A stretch of 32,637 nt of DNA. It comes from a virus. Below the pieces are notes generated by a model. That model did no database searches, was not told the origin of the DNA, and saw nothing but the letters and a program-made list of their open reading frames with translations. Location of the stretch: UHGV virus genome UHGV-1394707; one strand, given 5' to 3'. A program made the translations under genes and the position numbers. Shown here one piece after another: positions 26,858 to 32,637 of this stretch. The stretch's first letter is position 1. Each line of letters begins with the position of its first letter.

Positions 26858-28345
26858 ATGTTTGAAGATGCTTTAAATGCCGTTAATGCTGTCCGGGATA
26901 AAACCGGTGGAGGCAGGAAAACAACCGGCAAAGGCACGTTCCGTAACGTGCCGTTTCTCGTCATCGAGGAGCAAAAACAGGCTGGCGGACGTCGCCTGGT
27001 TAAACGCGAGTACCCGTTACGTGATACCGGCGGCGTCAATGACCTGGGGAAAAAGCTTCGCTCCCGTACATTCAGCGCCTGCATTCTGAACAGCAACGCA
27101 GAAACAGCCAGAGATGAAGCGGGTGCGCTGATGGATGCTCTTGATGCTCCGGGTAGCGGTGAGCTGGTACATCCTGATTTCGGCACTGTGGACGTCATGG
27201 TGGATTCATGGGAATGCCGCACTAAAGCGGATGAACTGAATTATTACGCGTTCACCGTTACCGTTTATCCGTCGTTGCAGGATACAGCCCCGGACGCAGA
27301 GACAGACACCAGTGCAGCCGTACCGGCACAGGCCGTTGCTGTAACCGGTTCTCTGGGAGATACGCTGTCCTCTGTCTGGCAGACTGTAAAAGATGGCACT
27401 GCGGCGGCAACCGCCGTGATGGAAGCTGTAACCGGTGTCATCGATGATATCAGTGATGCGGTGGACAATCTGGGGGTTACGCAGACTGTCAGCGGTCTGA
27501 TGGGATCGCTTTCTGCGATGAAAGGCTCTGTGACCAGCCTGATTAACCAGCCTGCCATGCTGGCCTCCTCGCTGATGGGGGCGCTGTCCGGCGTTTCATC
27601 GTTATGCGATACCCGGACAGCATTTTCCACATGGAACCGTCTGGCGCAGCGATTCGAACGTCGCCATGCCGCCACCGCAGGCAGACAGGGGACAATCACA
27701 ACCTCGTACAACAGTCCGGTTGCAGAAAAAAATATTGCCACACTGAACTACGTCATGCTGGCAGCGGCGCAGACATACCGGGCAGAAGCTGCCAGCCAGG
27801 CACTGACTGCGGCACTGGATTTCAGTCGCCGGATGGATAATGCCGCCCGTGCACCTGTACTGGATGCCCCGTCCACCACAACCGGCACAGCCAGCGGGGC
27901 CAGCAGCACATCTGCTACCGTCACACAGGGACAGTTACAGTTAACTGCCATAACCCCGGACGGCGGCTTTTCACAGGTATCCTTTTCAGACAGTGGTACA
28001 GCCACGCCCCCGGTATTTGAAAGTGTGTCCGATATCGGAAAAACAGCCGCCATGCTGGGGGCTGCACTGGATACCGTCATTCTGACGGCATCTGAGCAGG
28101 GCTTTTCGACAGACAGCGTTCAGCTTACGCAACTGCGTCTGCTGGTTGTTGCCGACCTGGAAAAACGCGGGCTGCAACTGGCGGGCAGTGAAATGCACCG
28201 CCTGCCGGAGACGATGCCTGCAATGGTGGCCCTGTACCGTTACACAGGAAACAGCCGGAACTGGCAACGGCTGGCCCGCAGGAACGGTATCAGCAACCCG
28301 TTGTTTGTTCCCGGTGGCGTCAGTATTGAGGTGATTAATGAGTAA
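26858..28345 (+). CDS. N: DNA circularization protein N-like tail/baseplate protein
   Basis: 495 aa immediately after the tape measure gene, where Mu N sits. Confidence 0.7.
   Translation: MFEDALNAVNAVRDKTGGGRKTTGKGTFRNVPFLVIEEQKQAGGRRLVKREYPLRDTGGVNDLGKKLRSRTFSACILNSNAETARDEAGALMDALDAPGSGELVHPDFGTVDVMVDSWECRTKADELNYYAFTVTVYPSLQDTAPDAETDTSAAVPAQAVAVTGSLGDTLSSVWQTVKDGTAAATAVMEAVTGVIDDISDAVDNLGVTQTVSGLMGSLSAMKGSVTSLINQPAMLASSLMGALSGVSSLCDTRTAFSTWNRLAQRFERRHAATAGRQGTITTSYNSPVAEKNIATLNYVMLAAAQTYRAEAASQALTAALDFSRRMDNAARAPVLDAPSTTTGTASGASSTSATVTQGQLQLTAITPDGGFSQVSFSDSGTATPPVFESVSDIGKTAAMLGAALDTVILTASEQGFSTDSVQLTQLRLLVVADLEKRGLQLAGSEMHRLPETMPAMVALYRYTGNSRNWQRLARRNGISNPLFVPGGVSIEVINE
28260..28337 (+). 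promoter_or_regulatory. Candidate C-dependent late promoter embedded in the 3' end of the N-like gene
   Basis: GGCTGG-CCCGCA-GGAA (~28271-28283); CCCGCA core 59 bp upstream of the next gene's ATG, matching the spacing upstream of lys and I. Confidence 0.35.
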
Positions 28346-29477
28346 TACCGTCACGCTGCGAACGGATGGCAGGCTTTTTACCGGCTGGACGTCAGTCTCT
28401 GTCACCCGCTCGATTGAATCCGTAGCCGGATATTTTGAGCTGGGGGTGAACGTGCCACCGGGCACGGATTTATCCGGGCTGGCACCGGGGAAGAAGTTCA
28501 CGCTCGAAATCGAGGGGCAGATTGTCTGCACCGGTTATATCGATTCACGGCGACGCCAGATGACCGCTGACAGCATGAAAATCACTGTCGCCGGACGTGA
28601 CAAAACGGCTGACCTGATTGACTGTGCTGCCGTTTACAGTGGCGGACAGTGGAAAAACCGCACACTGGAGCAGATTGCGCGTGACCTGAGCGCCCCTTAT
28701 GGCGTTACCGTTCGCTGGGAGCTTTCCGATAAGGAAAGTTCGGCAGCTTTTCCCGGCTTCACGCTGGACCATTCAGAAACCGTTTATGAGGCGCTGGTGC
28801 GTGCCTCCCGCGCACGCGGTGTACTGATGACCAGCAATGCCGCAGGAGAGCTGGTATTCAGCCGGGCTGCCAGCACAGCAACTGATGAGCTGGTTCTCGG
28901 AGAAAATCTGCTGACACTGGATTTTGAGGAAGACTTCCGCGACCGGTTCAGCGAATACACCGTCAAGGGGTATGCCCGCGCAAACGGTGCTGAGGGTGAC
29001 GATATTGATGCGAAAAGTATCGTCTCCCGGAAAGGGACCGCCACTGACAGTGATGTGACCCGTTACAGACCGATGATCATCATTGCCGACAGCAAAATTA
29101 CGGCGAAGGATGCACAGGCCCGCGCCCTGCGTGAGCAACGCCGCAGACTGGCAAAATCCATCACCTTTGAGGCAGAAATTGACGGATGGACACGCAAGGA
29201 CGGGCAACTCTGGATGCCGAACCTGCTGGTCACTATTGATGCCTCGAAATATGCCATCAAAACCACGGAATTACTGGTCAGCAAAGTCACCCTGATACTG
29301 AATGACCAGGACGGGCTGAAAACCCGCGTCAGCCTTGCACCACGCGAAGGCTTTCTGGTGCCGGTTGAAAGCGACCGTAAAAACAGGAAAGGCGGCGACA
29401 GTAACGGCGGTATTGATGCGCTGGTTGAAGATTATTATCGCAGACACCCGGAGAAAACGCCGCCGTGGAAAGAGTAA
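28338..29477 (+). CDS. P: Baseplate hub protein, positional equivalent of Mu P (gp44)
   Basis: 379 aa, start overlaps upstream stop. Confidence 0.7.
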   Translation: MSNTVTLRTDGRLFTGWTSVSVTRSIESVAGYFELGVNVPPGTDLSGLAPGKKFTLEIEGQIVCTGYIDSRRRQMTADSMKITVAGRDKTADLIDCAAVYSGGQWKNRTLEQIARDLSAPYGVTVRWELSDKESSAAFPGFTLDHSETVYEALVRASRARGVLMTSNAAGELVFSRAASTATDELVLGENLLTLDFEEDFRDRFSEYTVKGYARANGAEGDDIDAKSIVSRKGTATDSDVTRYRPMIIIADSKITAKDAQARALREQRRRLAKSITFEAEIDGWTRKDGQLWMPNLLVTIDASKYAIKTTELLVSKVTLILNDQDGLKTRVSLAPREGFLVPVESDRKNRKGGDSNGGIDALVEDYYRRHPEKTPPWKE

Positions 29478-29488
29478 ATGATTCCGCC

Positions 29489-30058
29489 ATGAACCGCCTG
29501 CTGACACCGCTGATGCGTCGTGTGCGTCTGATGCTTGCGCGTGCCGTTGTTAACGTGATTAACGACGGGCGAAAGGTTCAGAACCTGCAGGTCGGTCTGC
29601 TGGATGATGAGGAATCTGATGAAGTGGAGCGCCTGCAAAATTACGGGCATTTCAGCGTTCCTCTGCCGGGCGCAGAGGCGCTGATTGCCTGTGTGGGTGC
29701 ACAACGTGATCAGGGGATTGCCGTTGTGGTGGAAGACCGCCGCTACCGCCCGACAAATCTTGAACCGGGTGATGCAGGCATTTACCACCACGAGGGGCAT
29801 CGTATCAGGCTGACAAAGGACGGGCGCTGCATCATTACCTGTAAAACGGTTGAGATTTACGCTGATGAAAGCATGACCGTTGATACACCCAGAACCACGT
29901 TTACCGGCGACGTTGAGATCCAGAAAGGTCTGGGCGTTAAAGGTAAAAGCCAGTTCGACAGCAATATTACTGCCCCGGATGCCATCATCAATGGCAAATC
30001 GACGGATAAGCATATCCACCGCGGCGACAGCGGCGGAACCACGGGGCCGATGCAATGA
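29489..30058 (+). CDS. Baseplate central spike protein, positional equivalent of Mu gp45
   Basis: About 190 aa from the first in-frame ATG; the ORF-track frame opens 24 nt earlier at a GTG (29465). Confidence 0.65.
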   Translation: MNRLLTPLMRRVRLMLARAVVNVINDGRKVQNLQVGLLDDEESDEVERLQNYGHFSVPLPGAEALIACVGAQRDQGIAVVVEDRRYRPTNLEPGDAGIYHHEGHRIRLTKDGRCIITCKTVEIYADESMTVDTPRTTFTGDVEIQKGLGVKGKSQFDSNITAPDAIINGKSTDKHIHRGDSGGTTGPMQ

Positions 30059-30492
30059 CCGATTTAGCCATTATCTGGACGAACGGACGCGGCGATATTG
30101 CACAGGATGGCATTGATATGCTGACCGACGACAGTCTGACGACCGATGTGACAATCTCCCTGTTTACCGACCGGCGCGCGCTGGATTCTGACACGCTGCC
30201 GGATGGTTCAGATGATCGCCGTGGATGGTGGGGTGACAGTTACCGCGACCGCCCCATCGGTTCGCGGTTGTGGCTGTTATCACGTGAAAAAGCCACACCG
30301 GATACGCTGGAACGCGCCAGAGGGTATGCCGAAGAGGCGCTGGAATGGCTGAAAACAGCGGGCCGGGTAAGTGCGATTAACGTCAGAGCGGAACAGTTAC
30401 ATCAGGGCTGGTTATACCTCTACATTGCACTGACATTACCGGATGGTTCCGTTATTCCTTATGAGTTTAAAGCAGCATTTAACGGGGTTTAA
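30055..30492 (+). CDS. Baseplate protein, positional equivalent of Mu gp46
   Basis: 145 aa, start overlaps upstream stop (ATGA). Confidence 0.65.
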   Translation: MTDLAIIWTNGRGDIAQDGIDMLTDDSLTTDVTISLFTDRRALDSDTLPDGSDDRRGWWGDSYRDRPIGSRLWLLSREKATPDTLERARGYAEEALEWLKTAGRVSAINVRAEQLHQGWLYLYIALTLPDGSVIPYEFKAAFNGV

Positions 30493-31575
30493 ATGGCTTA
30501 TTCACCACCGACATTATCATCGCTGATTGCCCGTACAGAACAGAATATTGAACAGCGCCTGCCGGGTAGCTGGCCTCAGGCCCGTGAAAAAACGCTGAGT
30601 GCCATTGCTTATGCTCAGGCAGGCCTTGCTGCCGGTTGTCACGAGCATATTTCATGGGTTGGACGGCAGATTATCCCGTCGACAGCAGATGAAGATGAGT
30701 TGCTGGAGCACTGCCGGTTCTGGGGCGTGCGCCGCAAACAGGCGACAGCCGCCAGCGGCCCGCTGACTGTTACCACATCGGCAGCGACCACCATTCCTGC
30801 CGGTACACGCTGGCAGCGTGCTGATGGTGTGGTTTACAGCCTGGCTGATGCCATTGTGATTGACCGTGCAGGAACGACGGAAATTACCGTTACCGCACTG
30901 GCTGCCGGTGAAGCAGGAAATACCGGTGAGAATACCCTTTTAACGTTGATCACCCCGGTTGCCTGTGTTGTTTCCGATGCCATCACTGTAAAAGGGTTTT
31001 CCGGTGGGGCTGATATTGAGAGTGCAGCGGAGCTGCTGTCACGGCTGGAATATCGTGTCCAGTATCCTCCGTTCGGCGGTAATCAGTTTGATTATGTTCG
31101 CTGGGCGCGTGAAGTCAGCGGCGTTACCCGTGCCTGGTGTTTTCCGACATGGAAAGGCGGTGGCACAGTCGGGGTGACGTTTGTTATGGATAACCGGAGC
31201 AATATTTTTCCACAACCGGCAGATGTGGAACGTGTGGCAGATTATATCGCCGGTCATACTGACCCGATCACTGGTCTGATTGTCGGACAGCCTGATGGTG
31301 TAAATGTCACGGTATTTGCGCCAAAGGCAAAGCCGGTAAATCCACGGATTTATATATCACCGAAGACAGCCGAACTGAAACAGGCTATTACTCACGCCAT
31401 TAATACCATGTTTTTTAATGAGGTGACGCCGGGCGGCGCACTTGCCCCCTCCCGTATTATCCGTGCGGTGGCAGGTGTTACCGGTCTGGATGATTTTGAA
31501 GTGCGTTTCCCGACAGAGATCCAGCGTTCGGAGAATACGGAACTGTTAACACCGGGGACAATTGAATGGCTGTAA
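30493..31575 (+). CDS. Baseplate J-like wedge protein, positional equivalent of Mu gp47
   Basis: 360 aa, ATG directly after the upstream stop. Confidence 0.7.
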   Translation: MAYSPPTLSSLIARTEQNIEQRLPGSWPQAREKTLSAIAYAQAGLAAGCHEHISWVGRQIIPSTADEDELLEHCRFWGVRRKQATAASGPLTVTTSAATTIPAGTRWQRADGVVYSLADAIVIDRAGTTEITVTALAAGEAGNTGENTLLTLITPVACVVSDAITVKGFSGGADIESAAELLSRLEYRVQYPPFGGNQFDYVRWAREVSGVTRAWCFPTWKGGGTVGVTFVMDNRSNIFPQPADVERVADYIAGHTDPITGLIVGQPDGVNVTVFAPKAKPVNPRIYISPKTAELKQAITHAINTMFFNEVTPGGALAPSRIIRAVAGVTGLDDFEVRFPTEIQRSENTELLTPGTIEWL

Positions 31576-32108
31576 CACCCTATCAGACGGCCTTTCTGCA
31601 ATTACTGCCGTCAGGGCTTGCCTGGAATAAAAGCCCCGACAGCAAATTATCTGCGCTGGCGCAGGCCATCAGCGACGTGATTGCCACTGCGGCGGATGAT
31701 GCGCGGCAAATGCTGCGGGAGCGTTTCCCTTCCACATCCCGCTGGTATCTGGGGGAGTGGGAATCATTTCTGGGGTTGCCGGACTGTACAAGCGAAAACG
31801 GCACCCTGTCCGAACGCCAGCGGGCTGCCGCGAATAAAATGCGTATGACCGGCAATCTGAGTCGGCGCTTTTATGAATGGCTGGCTGCGCAGTACGGTTT
31901 TACCGTCAGGCTGACGGATTCCACAGAAGGCCAGTGGGTTACGCAGGTCAATATTTACGGTATTAAAAATTATCGCAACGCAACGGTGCTGGATAATGTT
32001 CTGACGCCGTTACGTGTTTATGAATCGGGTGCGCTGGAATGTTTACTGGAGAAATATAAACCCGCACATCAGATTTATAAATTTGTTTACCATGACGGAG
32101 ATAACTAA
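31566..32108 (+). CDS. Baseplate/tail protein, positional equivalent of Mu gp48
   Basis: 180 aa, start overlaps upstream gene by 10 nt. Confidence 0.65.
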   Translation: MAVTPYQTAFLQLLPSGLAWNKSPDSKLSALAQAISDVIATAADDARQMLRERFPSTSRWYLGEWESFLGLPDCTSENGTLSERQRAAANKMRMTGNLSRRFYEWLAAQYGFTVRLTDSTEGQWVTQVNIYGIKNYRNATVLDNVLTPLRVYESGALECLLEKYKPAHQIYKFVYHDGDN

Positions 32109-32637
32109 TGTTTTATATTGATAACGACAGCGGCGTAACCGTCATGCCGCCCGTATCCGCCCAGCGTAGTGCTATCGTTCGCTGGTTTTCAGAAGGTGAC
32201 GGGAATAATGTTATCACATGGCCCGGCATGGACTGGTTTAATATTGTGCAGGCGGAGTTATTAAACACGCTGGAAGAAGCCGGTATTCAACCGGATAAAA
32301 CAAAATTAAACCAGCTTGCACTGTCCATTAAAGCCATCATGAACAAGAACGCGCTTCTGATAAAAAATAACCTCAGCGAAATTAAAACTGCCGGGGCATC
32401 AGCACAGCGTACAGCACGTGAAAATCTGGATATCTATGATGCCAGCCTGAACAAAAAAGGACTCGTTCAGCTAACCAGTGCCACTGACAGCCCCAGTGAA
32501 ACGCTGGCAGCCACCGCAAAAGCGGTGAAAATTGCGATGGATAATGCCAATGCCCGTCTGGCAAAAGAGCGGAACGGAGCAGATATTCCCAATAAGCCGC
32601 TGTTTATCCAAAACCTCGGTTTACAGGAAACGGTAAA
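32108..32637 (+). CDS. S: Tail fibre protein, N-terminal part (runs off the window end)
   Basis: ATG at 32108 overlapping the upstream stop (TAATG); open to the window end (>176 codons, MFYIDNDSGVTVMPPVSAQRSAIVRWFSEG..); sits where Mu S does. Absent from the ORF track only because no stop falls in the window. Confidence 0.6.
   Translation, partial: MFYIDNDSGVTVMPPVSAQRSAIVRWFSEGDGNNVITWPGMDWFNIVQAELLNTLEEAGIQPDKTKLNQLALSIKAIMNKNALLIKNNLSEIKTAGASAQRTARENLDIYDASLNKKGLVQLTSATDSPSETLAATAKAVKIAMDNANARLAKERNGADIPNKPLFIQNLGLQETV

Overview
The window holds about 347 bp of host DNA followed by the left ~32.3 kb of a Mu-family (Mu/D108-like) transposable prophage; the right end (rest of the tail fibre, attR) lies beyond the window. 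The prophage starts at 348 with the Mu-type terminus TGTATTGATTCAC and transposase end-binding sites. Gene order is canonical and almost entirely on the + strand: repressor (- strand), ner, transposase A, B, an early accessory block, gam, gemA, mor, a middle operon (GH108-type muramidase, small ORF, C), a lysis cassette (SAR-type endolysin, overlapped spanins, releasin-like protein), then terminase, portal, head, sheath, tube, tape measure, baseplate and the start of the tail fibre. No tRNA, rRNA, CRISPR array or site-specific integrase was seen. Things that stand out most: (1) a repressor whose N-terminus looks like an XRE-type HTH rather than the transposase-paralogous domain expected in Mu; (2) a low-GC, very acidic ORF on the opposite strand inside the early operon; (3) a GH108 muramidase in the mor-C interval in addition to the endolysin; (4) a CCCGCA motif 51-59 bp upstream of three late-gene start codons; (5) an open +1 frame bridging the tail chaperone and tape measure genes. 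All identifications rest on reading the translations and on recalled knowledge of phage Mu; no database search was run. CDS coordinates follow the supplied ORF track, trimmed to the most plausible start codon; small motif coordinates are good to about +/-2 nt.
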